Positions 18,302 through 26,555 of a stretch of 32,000 nucleotides of DNA are shown one piece after another (the first letter of the stretch is position 1; the number at the start of each line of letters is the position of its first letter). The stretch lies in the NCBI RefSeq assembly GCF_000023205.1, contig NC_012803.1:990001-1022000 (forward strand), read 5' to 3'. The stretch comes from Micrococcus luteus NCTC 2665. GTDB lineage: Bacteria > Actinomycetota > Actinomycetes > Actinomycetales > Micrococcaceae. The notes under the pieces are model-generated. The model was not told where the DNA came from. It was given only the letters and a program-made list of their open reading frames with translations, and searched no databases. Both the position numbers and the translations under genes were made by a program.

Positions 18302-19225
18302 TCAGGCCGAGTGCTCGGCCAGGAACGCCCGCGCGGCGTCCAGGTCCTCGGGGGTCTTCACGGCGAGCTGCGTTGTGCCCTTGAGGCCGCGCTTGGCCAG
18401 TCCGGTCAGTGTGCCACCGGGCAGCAGCTCCAGGACCCCCGTGACCTGCCGCGCGGCCATGGTCGCCATGCACAGGTCCCAGCGGACCGGGCGGGTGACC
18501 TGGTCCACGATCCGGGCGAGCACGTCCGTGCCGGACTCGACGGTCTCGCCGTCCCGGTTGGACAGCAGGGGCAGGCGCGGGTCCGAGGGGGAGAGGCCGG
18601 CGACGTGGGTCGCGAGGTCGTCCACGGCGGGGCGCATGTGCTCCGTGTGGAACGCGCCGGCCACCTTGAGCGGGATCACGCGGGCGCGGGCGGGGGCGGA
18701 CCCGGCGAGCGCGCCGAGGGCCTCCGCTGTGCCGGCGGCGACGATCTGGCCGGCGCCGTTGACATTGGCGGGCGTCAGGCCCGCCGCCTCGATGGCCGCG
18801 AGGACCTCGTCCTGGTCCCCGCCCACGACGGCGGCCATGCCCGTGGGCGTGGCCGCGGCGGCCCGGGCCATGCCGGTGGCGCGCACGCGCACCACGGAGA
18901 GTGCCTCGGCGGGGGACAGCACGCCGGCGACGGCGGCCGCGGTGATCTCGCCTACGGAGTGGCCGGCCACGACGGTCGACTCCGGTGCGGCGGCGTCCGC
19001 CTCGAGGGCCGCGGCGGCCACGAGGCCGGCCGCCACGATCAGCGGCTGGGCGACGGCGGTGTCCTTGATGCTCTCCTCGTCCGACTCGGTGCCGTGGCGG
19101 ATCAGGTCCATGCCCGCGGCGTCGGAGAGGGATGCGAGCAGGTCGCGGGTCCCGTCCAGCTCGAGCCAGGGGGCGAGGAAGCCGGGCGTCTGGGACCCCT
19201 GTCCGGGGCACACGATGGCAAGCAT
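18302..19225 (-). CDS. fabD: malonyl-CoA:ACP transacylase
   Basis: 307 aa starting MLAIVCPGQGSQTPGF. Active-site GHSVGE; also AFHTEHM. Confidence 0.95.
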   Translation of the reverse strand: MLAIVCPGQGSQTPGFLAPWLELDGTRDLLASLSDAAGMDLIRHGTESDEESIKDTAVAQPLIVAAGLVAAAALEADAAAPESTVVAGHSVGEITAAAVAGVLSPAEALSVVRVRATGMARAAAATPTGMAAVVGGDQDEVLAAIEAAGLTPANVNGAGQIVAAGTAEALGALAGSAPARARVIPLKVAGAFHTEHMRPAVDDLATHVAGLSPSDPRLPLLSNRDGETVESGTDVLARIVDQVTRPVRWDLCMATMAARQVTGVLELLPGGTLTGLAKRGLKGTTQLAVKTPEDLDAARAFLAEHSA

Positions 19226-19332
19226 TGCTCCATCGTGTCAGGATCGGCCGCCATCCCGGGCAGATCGCGCCACGAAGCACGGCGAGTGGGTTTGGAGGGT
19301 TTCTACAAGTGGGGGGTGTGTGCCGCGCCGGC

Positions 19333-20535
19333 TCAGTCCGACCCGGCCCCGTTCGTCGGTCGCGCCCCCGCGAGCCGGCCCAGGGTGATCGCGGTCTGCA
19401 GGACGTACGCGTCGCGAGGGACCAGCGGGTCCCAGCCGGTCACCTCGGCCACCCGCTTGAGGCGGTACCGCACGGTGTTCGCGTGGACGAACAGCTCGCG
19501 GGCCGTGCCCTCGAGCGAGTGGCCCAGCGCGCCGTACGCGTCCATGGTCTCCAGCAGGGAGGTGCCGGCGTCGGCCAGGGGCGTGAACACCCCGTCCACG
19601 AGGGCCTCCCGGGCCGTGGGGTCGCCCAGCAGCGCCCGCTCGGGCAGCAGGTCCTCCGCCGGGGTGGGCCGGCACGCCCGGGGATGGGCGGCCGCCGCGC
19701 TGAGCCCGGCGAGGGTGTGCCGGGCCGAGACGTGCGCCGAGATCAGCGAGTCCACGACGGGTCCCACGATCACCGGTCCCGGCGCGAACCAGCGCGCGAG
19801 CGCCTCGCCCACCGCCCGCGCGTCCCGCGCCGAGCCGACCACGAGGACGAGCCGTTCGGACTGCACGCCCACGAGCAGGTCGCAGTCGAGCCGCGCCGCG
19901 GCCCGCCGCAGGTCCGGGATGAACACGGGCTTGTCCTGCCCCGGGGCGAGACCGGCCATGACCATCACGTCGTGGTCCCCACGCCAGCCCAGCGCCGTGG
20001 CCCGATGCCGGATCTCGTCCGGGTCCTGCCCGCGCAGCACCGCGTCCAGCAGGACCGACTCGAGCCGCGAGTCCATCGCACCGCGCATCTCCGCGGCCCG
20101 GGCGTACACGTCTGCGAGTGCGAACGCGACCTCGCGCGAGTAGTGGAGGATGTGCTCGCGGACGGGCGCCTGGTCGCGCTCGGCCAGCAGCTCCGGCACC
20201 CGCGTCTCGACGACGTCCACCATCGTCCGGATGAGCTGGAGGGCCCGCTGCAGCGAGATCGCCCGGGTGAGATCGGTGGGCGCGGGCCCGAAGACGTCCT
20301 GCAGGACGTGGCCCGTGGAGGTGGGCCGCTCGAACCACGTGAGGAAGCCCTGCAGGGCGCGCTGGGCCACGAGCCCGAGGGCGCTGCGCTCGTCCGGGGT
20401 GAGTCGGCGGTACCAGGGCAGGGTGGCGTCCAACCGCTGCAGCACCGCCGTGTTCAGGGCGCCCAGGTGGCTCCTGAGTCGGGCCAGCCCGTCGGTGCTC
20501 ACGGGGCGAGGGGCGGCGGGGCGGGGCTCGGGCAT
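19333..20535 (-). CDS. PucR-family transcriptional regulator, positional equivalent of S. coelicolor FasR (SCO2386) / M. tuberculosis MabR (Rv2242)
   Basis: 400 aa with a C-terminal HTH (ELFVHANTVRYRLKRVAEVTG). Located between aceE and fabD, as in other Actinomycetota. Confidence 0.85.
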   Translation of the reverse strand: MPEPRPAAPRPVSTDGLARLRSHLGALNTAVLQRLDATLPWYRRLTPDERSALGLVAQRALQGFLTWFERPTSTGHVLQDVFGPAPTDLTRAISLQRALQLIRTMVDVVETRVPELLAERDQAPVREHILHYSREVAFALADVYARAAEMRGAMDSRLESVLLDAVLRGQDPDEIRHRATALGWRGDHDVMVMAGLAPGQDKPVFIPDLRRAAARLDCDLLVGVQSERLVLVVGSARDARAVGEALARWFAPGPVIVGPVVDSLISAHVSARHTLAGLSAAAAHPRACRPTPAEDLLPERALLGDPTAREALVDGVFTPLADAGTSLLETMDAYGALGHSLEGTARELFVHANTVRYRLKRVAEVTGWDPLVPRDAYVLQTAITLGRLAGARPTNGAGSD

Positions 20536-20571
20536 GCACGGGAGGGCGTCAGCCTCCCCGCGGCGTGCGGG

Positions 20572-23316
20572 TCAGGCGTCGCCGCCCGCGATGCCGGTGG
20601 TGCCGGCGTTGACGTCGTCCAGGCGGTACTTCTCGTGCGCCTTCGCGGCCGTGCCCCGCTCGACCTCGCCCTCCTCCTCGAGGAGCTGCAGTGCGCGGAC
20701 CACCATCGAGTGGGTGTCGATGAGGAAGTACCGACGGGCGGCGGCGCGGGTGTCCGAGAAGCCGAACTCGTCGGCACCGAGCGCCGAGAAGCGGTTCGGC
20801 ACGAACGGGCGGATCTGGTTCGTCCACGAGGTGGAGTAGTCCGAGGTGGCCACGATCGGGCCCTCGGCCCCCTGCAGCGCCTGCGTCACGTAGGGCACGC
20901 GCGGGGTGGCGGACGGGTCCTTCAGGGCGTCCTTCTCCGCCGCGACGGCGTCGCGGTACAGCTCGTTGTACGAGGTCACCGACCACACGGAGGCGTTCAC
21001 GCCCCACTCTTCGGAGAGGATCCGCTGGGCGTCGAGTGCCCACGGCACGGAGACGCCGGAGCCCAGGAGCTGGACCTTCGGGCCGTCGCCCTGGCCCTCG
21101 GAGAGACGGTAGATGCCCTTGAGCACGCCCTCCACGTCGAGGCCCTCGGGCTCCTCGATGTGGGTGATCGGCTCGTTGTACACCGTGAGGTAGTAGATGA
21201 CGTTGCGGACGTCGTCCCCCCGGTCGTGATCGCCGTACATGTCCTCCAGGCCCTGGCGCACGATGTGGGCGATCTCGTACGAGTACGCCGGGTCGTAGTG
21301 CTTCACGGCCGGATTCGTGGACGCCAGGACGGGGGAGTGACCGTCCATGTGCTGGGTGCCCTCGCCGGCGAGGGTGGTGCGCCCGGCGGTGGCGCCGATC
21401 ATGAAGCCGCGCGCGAGCTGGTCGCCCGCGGCCCAGATGTTGTCCCCGGTCCGCTGGAAGCCGAACATCGAGTAGAAGATGTAGACCGGGATCATGGGCT
21501 CGCCGTGTGTGGAGTACGCCGTGCCGATCGCGTTGAACGCCGCGGTGGCGCCGGCCTCGTTGATGCCGACGTGATAGATCTTCCCCTGCGGGGACTCCTT
21601 GTAGGACAGGAACAGGTCCCGGTCCACGGAGAGGTAGTTCTGGCCCTTGGGGTTGTAGATCTTCGCGGTCGGGAAGAACGAGTCCATGCCGAAGGTGCGG
21701 GCCTCGTCCGGGATGATCGGCACGAAGCGCGGTCCCATGTTCTTGTCCCGCATCAGGTCCTTGAGCAGGCGCACGAACGCCATGGTCGTGGCGGCCTGCT
21801 GCTTGCCCGGTCCCTTGCGAGCCTGCTTGTACGCGGACTCCGGGGGCAGCGGGATCGCGTGGTAGTCGCTGCGCCGCTCCGGCACGAAGCCGCCCAGCTC
21901 CTTGCGCCGTTCCATCATGTACGTGATCTCCGGGGCGTTGGCGCCCGGGTGGTAGTACGGGATGTCGTACGGGTCCTTCTCGATCTGCTCGTCCGAGATC
22001 GGGATGCGGTGGCGGTCCCGGAACACCTTGAGGTCGTCCACCGTCAGCTTCTTCATCTGGTGCGTGGCGTTGCGACCCTCGAAGGACTTGCCCAGGCCGT
22101 AGCCCTTGATGGTGTGGGCCAGGATCACGGTGGGCTGGCCCTTGTGCTCCATGGCGGCCTTGTAGGCGGCGTACACCTTCTTGTAGTCGTGGCCGCCACG
22201 CTTGAGGCCCCAGATCTCGTCGTCGGTCATGTCCGCCACCATCTCCTTGGTGACGGAGGACCGGCCGAAGAAGTGGTCGCGCACGAAGCCGCCGGACTCG
22301 GCCTTGTAGGTCTGGTAGTCGCCGTCGAGCGTCTCGTTCATGATGCGCACGAGCTCGCCCTCGTCGTCGGCCTCGAGCAGCGGATCCCACTCGCGGCCCC
22401 ACAGGACCTTGATGACGTTCCAGCCGGCGCCCCGGAAGTAGGACTCCAGCTCCTGGACGATCTTGCCGTTGCCGCGCACCGGCCCGTCGAGACGCTGCAG
22501 GTTGCAGTTGATGACGAAGGTGAGGTTGTCGAGCTTGTCGTTGGCCGCGATGTGCAGCTGGCCGCGCGACTCGGGCTCGTCCATCTCGCCGTCGCCGAGG
22601 AAGGCCCACACGTGCTGGTCGGAGGTGTCCTTGATGCCGTTGTTGTGCAGGTACCGGTTGGTCTGCGCCTGGAAGATGGCGTTCATCGGCCCCAGGCCCA
22701 TGGACACGGTGGGGTACTGCCAGAAGTGCGGCATCATCCGCGGGTGCGGGTAGGAGGGCAGGCCGTGGCCCTGGCGGGACTTCTCCTGGCGGAAGCCGTC
22801 GAGGTCCTCCTCGGTCAGGCGGCCCTCGAGGAAGGCTCGGGCGTAGTTGCCCGGCGAGGAGTGGCCCTGGAAGAAGATGTGGTCGCCGCCGCCCGGGTGG
22901 TCCTGGCCGCGGAAGAAGTGGTTCAGGCCCACCTCGTAGAGGGTCGCCTGGCCCGCGTAGGAGGAGATGTGGCCGCCGACGCCGACGCGTTGGGCGCGCT
23001 GCACCAGGGCCATGGCGTTCCACCGCAGGTAGTTGCGGTAGCGGCGCTCGAGCTCCTCGTCGCCCGGGTACTCCGGCTCCTGGTCCGCCGGGATCGTGTT
23101 CACGTAGTCCGTGGTGGTCACGTAGGGCAGGGCGACGGACTGGGCGCTCGCGCGCTGCATGAGGGAGCGCATGATGTACTGCGCCCGCTCCGTGCCGCGC
23201 TCCTCGATGAGTCCGTCGAGGGACTCGATCCACTCCGACGTCTCCTGCGGATCCTTGTCCGGGAGCTGGTCGGTCAGACCGCTGCGGATCTGCGAGCTCT
23301 CTTCGGCTGCGCTCAC
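20572..23316 (-). CDS. aceE: pyruvate dehydrogenase E1 component (homodimeric type)
   Basis: 914 aa with a GTG start and SD AGGAGG. ThDP-binding [12 protein letters not shown]. Length and overall sequence are typical of AceE. Confidence 0.97.
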   Translation of the reverse strand: MSAAEESSQIRSGLTDQLPDKDPQETSEWIESLDGLIEERGTERAQYIMRSLMQRASAQSVALPYVTTTDYVNTIPADQEPEYPGDEELERRYRNYLRWNAMALVQRAQRVGVGGHISSYAGQATLYEVGLNHFFRGQDHPGGGDHIFFQGHSSPGNYARAFLEGRLTEEDLDGFRQEKSRQGHGLPSYPHPRMMPHFWQYPTVSMGLGPMNAIFQAQTNRYLHNNGIKDTSDQHVWAFLGDGEMDEPESRGQLHIAANDKLDNLTFVINCNLQRLDGPVRGNGKIVQELESYFRGAGWNVIKVLWGREWDPLLEADDEGELVRIMNETLDGDYQTYKAESGGFVRDHFFGRSSVTKEMVADMTDDEIWGLKRGGHDYKKVYAAYKAAMEHKGQPTVILAHTIKGYGLGKSFEGRNATHQMKKLTVDDLKVFRDRHRIPISDEQIEKDPYDIPYYHPGANAPEITYMMERRKELGGFVPERRSDYHAIPLPPESAYKQARKGPGKQQAATTMAFVRLLKDLMRDKNMGPRFVPIIPDEARTFGMDSFFPTAKIYNPKGQNYLSVDRDLFLSYKESPQGKIYHVGINEAGATAAFNAIGTAYSTHGEPMIPVYIFYSMFGFQRTGDNIWAAGDQLARGFMIGATAGRTTLAGEGTQHMDGHSPVLASTNPAVKHYDPAYSYEIAHIVRQGLEDMYGDHDRGDDVRNVIYYLTVYNEPITHIEEPEGLDVEGVLKGIYRLSEGQGDGPKVQLLGSGVSVPWALDAQRILSEEWGVNASVWSVTSYNELYRDAVAAEKDALKDPSATPRVPYVTQALQGAEGPIVATSDYSTSWTNQIRPFVPNRFSALGADEFGFSDTRAAARRYFLIDTHSMVVRALQLLEEEGEVERGTAAKAHEKYRLDDVNAGTTGIAGGDA

Positions 23317-23570
23317 GGTGCCTCCTGGTTCTCGTGCGGAGGGGTGCTCCGCGGTGGGCTGCGGGCAGACGATCCGGTCCGGGCCCGCGACGCCGAGCCG
23401 GGCGCGTCGCCCGGAGAGTGCGTCTGTTCCTCCCCAGAGTAGACCGCAGCCGCCGCGTCCGCCCGGCCGGAGGCCCCGGAACGGCGGCGTCCACGGCGTA
23501 TGGTGGTCATCATCACCCGCTCGACGGCGCGGGCCGCAGTGCCCGCCACCATCAAGGAGGACCGGACACT

Positions 23571-24002
23571 ATGCAGGCTGGGTCGACGCCGACCTCGACG
23601 GACAGCGCCCTGCTGGCGGAGCTCGCCCTCTCGAGGGGCGACCTGGTGCAGGAGTGGGGGTACGACGACGACGTCGACTTCACTTTCCGTGACGCGCTCG
23701 AGGACGCGCTCGGCGAGGAGCTGCTGACCGAGGACGATCAGGAGCCGGCGGACGCCGTCCTCTTCTGGTGGCGCGCGGACGACGGCGACGTCATGGATCT
23801 CACGGACGCCCTCGTGGACGCCCAGCGGTCGCTCGATGCCGGCCCCGTCTGGATCATGACCCCCCGCACGGGGCGCGCCGGCCACGTCAGCCCGGCGGAC
23901 GTCGCCGAGGCCGCCTCCACCGCGGGCCTGCACGCCACCACCGGGGCCGGCGCCTCCGAGGACTGGGCCGCTCAGAAGCTCGTCCAGAAGCGCGGTGGCT
24001 GA
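23571..24002 (+). CDS. DUF3052-family protein (Rv2239c-like)
   Basis: 143 aa from ATG 23571 with SD AAGGAGG at 23554-23560. Contains LVQEWGYDDDVDFTFRDALEDALGEEL. Conserved aceE / DUF3052 / ahpE neighbourhood. Confidence 0.85.
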   Translation: MQAGSTPTSTDSALLAELALSRGDLVQEWGYDDDVDFTFRDALEDALGEELLTEDDQEPADAVLFWWRADDGDVMDLTDALVDAQRSLDAGPVWIMTPRTGRAGHVSPADVAEAASTAGLHATTGAGASEDWAAQKLVQKRGG

Positions 24003-24501
24003 GGCTCCGTCCGGCGGGACGCGGGGCGCCGACGACGTCCCCGCGCTGCGCGACGACCACGGCCAGACGTGGCCGTGGCCGCCGACGCGCGGGCCCGAGG
24101 ACGCCGCCGGGCCGCGGGGCACGTGGCTCGTCTTCCTGCCCGGGGCGTTCACGCCGGTGTGCACGGACGAGCTCGGCTGGATCGGGGCGCTCGCCGAGGA
24201 CGTGGCGGTCCACGAGGTGACTGTCCGCGTGGTCTCCTGTGACGCCGCCCCCGTGCTGCGCCGCGTCCGCGAGGAGCTGGCACTGCCGGAGCCGCTCACC
24301 CTGCTCTCCGATTTCTGGCCCCACGGCGCGGCCTGCCGTGCCTTCGACGTCTTCGACGTGGAGACCGGGCGGCCCCGCCGCGTCTCCGTGCTGCTCGACG
24401 CGGACGGGGTCGAGGCCGCGCGCGTGGTCGCCGCCCCGGGACAGGCACGCACCCGGAGCGAGCACGAGGCGGCGACGCGCGACCTGCTCGCGGACCGGTA
24501 A
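23995..24501 (+). CDS. ahpE: AhpE-like 1-Cys peroxiredoxin (AhpC/TSA family)
   Basis: 168 aa with GTG start 23995, overlapping the upstream stop by 8 nt. Carries the PxxxTxxC motif PGAFTPVCT. The start is uncertain by a few codons. Confidence 0.8.
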   Translation: MAEAPSGGTRGADDVPALRDDHGQTWPWPPTRGPEDAAGPRGTWLVFLPGAFTPVCTDELGWIGALAEDVAVHEVTVRVVSCDAAPVLRRVREELALPEPLTLLSDFWPHGAACRAFDVFDVETGRPRRVSVLLDADGVEAARVVAAPGQARTRSEHEAATRDLLADR

Positions 24502-24516
24502 CCTGGACGGACACCG

Positions 24517-24590
24517 GCACCCGTAGCTCAGTCGGTCAGAGCATCTCGTTTACACCGAGAGGGTCGGGGGTTCGAGTCCCTCCGGGTGCA
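24517..24590 (+). tRNA. tRNA-Val (anticodon UAC)
   Basis: Cloverleaf folded by hand. Acceptor GCACCCG/CGGGTGC, D stem GCTC/GAGC with a GG loop, anticodon stem TCTCG/CGAGA with loop TT-TAC-AC (anticodon 24551-24553). Variable loop is 5 nt and the T arm is GGGGG-TTCGAGT-CCCTC. Discriminator is A; CCA is not fully encoded. Confidence 0.93.
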
Positions 24591-24665
24591 CCGATCGGGG
24601 GTCCGTGACACGGCGTGACGCCGCGGCTCCGTCATGCCGACCGCCCGTCAGGCGCCTATGAGAGC

Positions 24666-25505
24666 ATGCTCACCATCATGGGCTCCTCGTCAGCGTCCTC
24701 GCGCGCCTCCGCTCCGCCCTCGCGGTGGGCCGAGGTGCGCTCCGGCGTCGCCGTGACGCTGGGCGCCGGCCTCGGCCTGTTCCCCCTGGGCGTGGCCTTC
24801 GGGATGCTCGTGGTCCAGGCCGGGCTGCCCGCGTGGGTCGCACCCCTGTTCTCCGTGGTCGTGTTCGCCGGGTCCGTCGAGCTGCTGCTCGTCTCGCTGG
24901 TGGTGGCGGGCACGCCGCTGCTCACGATCGCCGTGACGGTGTTCCTCGTGAACTTCCGCCACGTGTTCTATGCGTTCAGCTTCCCGCTGCGCGTGGTCCG
25001 GGGGCGCCTCGCGCGGATCTACTCGATGGGCGCCCTGATCGACGAGGCCTACGCCATCGCCGCCGCCCAGCCCCGCGGTTGGACGGCGCCCCGGCTGCTG
25101 GCCATGCAGATCGCGCTGCATGCGTATTGGGTGCTCGGGGGCCTCGCCGGGGTGGCCGTCGCGTGGCTGCTGCCCGCGCCGGTCGAGGGCCTCGAGTTCG
25201 CGCTCGTCGCCCTCTTCATCGTGCTCGCCATGGACGCCGCCCGCACGCGGGCCCAGCTGCCCCTCGTGCTGCCGGCCGCGGTCGCCGTCGGGGTGGCTCT
25301 GCTACTCGCGCCCGCGCAGGTGCTCGTCGTCGCCTTCGCCCTCTACGCCGCGGTGCTGATCGCGTTCCACGTGCTCGCCGCGCGCGGGACCGCCCTGCCG
25401 CTGCCTGAGCCCGTGCCCGTCACCGGGCCGGTGCCCGTCGTCGCCGCGGCGGGGGAGCGGGCCGTCACGGATGCCGAGCCCGGCGTCGAGGAGGACCCCC
25501 GATGA
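24666..25505 (+). CDS. azlC: AzlC-family branched-chain amino acid exporter subunit
   Basis: 279 aa from ATG 24666. The ORF-track start at 24615 has poor third-position GC. Multiple TM helices, including GLFPLGVAFGMLVVQAGLPAWVAPLFSVVVFAGSVELL. Pro-rich C-terminal tail. Confidence 0.85.
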   Translation: MLTIMGSSSASSRASAPPSRWAEVRSGVAVTLGAGLGLFPLGVAFGMLVVQAGLPAWVAPLFSVVVFAGSVELLLVSLVVAGTPLLTIAVTVFLVNFRHVFYAFSFPLRVVRGRLARIYSMGALIDEAYAIAAAQPRGWTAPRLLAMQIALHAYWVLGGLAGVAVAWLLPAPVEGLEFALVALFIVLAMDAARTRAQLPLVLPAAVAVGVALLLAPAQVLVVAFALYAAVLIAFHVLAARGTALPLPEPVPVTGPVPVVAAAGERAVTDAEPGVEEDPR

Positions 25506-25846
25506 CCGGCGCCGCGTACCTGGTGGCCGCGGCCGTCGTCGCGGGCCTCGTGACCTTCTGCCTGCGCGCGTTGCCGTTCGCACTGCTGCAGCCGCTGCGG
25601 GAGTCCGTGCTCGCCGCGCGGCTGGCGGTGTGGATGCCTGCCGGCGTGCTGACCATCCTGGCCCTCGTGATGCTGCTCGACGCCGCGGCGCTGGCCCCTG
25701 GAGAGCCCGTGGACGGGACGCGGGTGGCCCACGCGCTGATCGCGGCGGCGGTGACAGTCGTCGTGCATTTGCTGGCCGGGCGGCGGACCCTGGTCTCGAT
25801 CGCCGCCGGCACGCTGGCGTACGTGCTGTTGGTCAACCTGGCCTGA
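25502..25846 (+). CDS. azlD: AzlD-family branched-chain amino acid transport protein
   Basis: 114 aa, small and hydrophobic, with an ATGA overlap with the azlC stop. Contains FCLRALPFALL. Confidence 0.85.
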   Translation: MTGAAYLVAAAVVAGLVTFCLRALPFALLQPLRESVLAARLAVWMPAGVLTILALVMLLDAAALAPGEPVDGTRVAHALIAAAVTVVVHLLAGRRTLVSIAAGTLAYVLLVNLA

Positions 25847-26417
25847 CCGGCGGCGGGGCGGATTCGCCCAGGCGTTCGGCCCATGCGCGGGTCGCCGCGG
25901 CGAGGCGCCGGCCGTAGGCGATGACCCCGTCTGACAGCGTCCCGGCGTTGTAGAGCGTCCCCGCCCGGGCGATCCCCTCCGCGGAGAGGTCGCCGCGCAG
26001 GTGACCGCGCAGGATCTCCAGCCCGAAGGCCAGGTTGTCCTCCGGCTCCCACAGGTGGAGGCCGTGCTCCGCCGCCTGCGCGAAGTACGGCGGCCACGTG
26101 ATCTGCGCGGGCCCCACGCCGTTGGACTTCTCACCCTGCGCCACCCGGGCCACGAGCTCCTCGTAGCGTTCCCGGGTCACGGGGACGTCCGTCCCGCGCG
26201 GGGCGCTGTGCACACCGCCGGCGTCGTGCCCGAAGACGTTCCGGCCGCCGGACTCGAGCTCGGCCAGGGCCGCCGCCAGCGCGAGGGGCATGTCTGCCCG
26301 ACGTGCGGCGGCCAGGATCGCCGCGGCGTTGTCCAGGTGTCGGCCGAGCGTCGCCGTCGGGTCGGTGGGGCGGTCGCGGGCGGAGCGGCGGGTGAGGAGG
26401 TCGCGGAGCAGGCCCAT
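25833..26417 (-). CDS. SLT-domain (family-1 lytic transglycosylase-like) protein without signal peptide
   Basis: 194 aa from ATG (complement 26417) with SD GGGAGGG at 26425-26431. Ordered motifs: AELESGGRN (Glu-Ser), GVGPAQIT, EDNLAFGLEIL, YNAGT. Strong GC3 bias. The rest of the 494-aa ORF-track entry is a shadow of the + strand gene. Confidence 0.75.
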   Translation of the reverse strand: MGLLRDLLTRRSARDRPTDPTATLGRHLDNAAAILAAARRADMPLALAAALAELESGGRNVFGHDAGGVHSAPRGTDVPVTRERYEELVARVAQGEKSNGVGPAQITWPPYFAQAAEHGLHLWEPEDNLAFGLEILRGHLRGDLSAEGIARAGTLYNAGTLSDGVIAYGRRLAAATRAWAERLGESAPPPVRPG

Positions 26418-26437
26418 CGGTCCACCCTCCCGCAACG

Positions 26438-26490
26438 CGGGTTGAGTTGTCGCGGGTGACGGGCCCACGCACCCGCGACAACTCAACCCG
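26438..26490. repeat. perfect 21-bp inverted repeat with 11-nt spacer (53-bp palindromic element)
   Basis: CGGGTTGAGTTGTCGCGGGTG (26438-26458), spacer ACGGGCCCACG, then CACCCGCGACAACTCAACCCG (26470-26490). 21/21 complementary. Confidence 0.95.
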
Positions 26491-26542
26491 GGATGCGGGG
26501 CAGGGGCCGGGCGGCGGCGCGTCGTCGGCGTTCGGGGAGCAC

Positions 26543-26548
26543 TAGGGT
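26543..26548 (+). promoter_or_regulatory. candidate -10 hexamer TAGGGT for the hypothetical gene (possibly leaderless)
   Basis: TAnnnT hexamer ending 8 nt before ATG 26556. Only a poorly spaced GGTGGAG could serve as an SD. Confidence 0.25.
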
Positions 26549-26555
26549 GGAGCGC

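Noticed and set aside
19132-23494. 1436-aa + strand ORF (19132..23442) and 981-aa - strand ORF (20549..23494) over the regulator/aceE region
   Set aside because: Same shadow-ORF artefact. AceE (914 aa, ThDP motif) and the PucR regulator fully explain the coding signal.
23317-23570. Regulatory RNA or small ORF in the 254-nt aceE / DUF3052 divergent spacer
   Set aside because: I found only weak hairpins (5-7 bp) and candidate -10 hexamers (TATGGT 23499-23504 on +; TACTCT as the complement of 23436-23441 on -). There is no convincing conserved-looking structure and no ORF with coding bias.
26438-26490. Reading the palindrome as an integron attC site or as an IS/MITE footprint
   Set aside because: GTTGAGT and ACTCAAC fit the attC GTTRRRY and RYYYAAC consensus cores but occur in the wrong order (R'-like 5', R''-like 3'). 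The stem is perfect, without the extrahelical bases that attC sites need, and no intI is present. For a MITE, the flanks (..GCAACG | GGATGC..) show no target-site duplication. The MITE idea stays open only as a genome-wide copy-number check.
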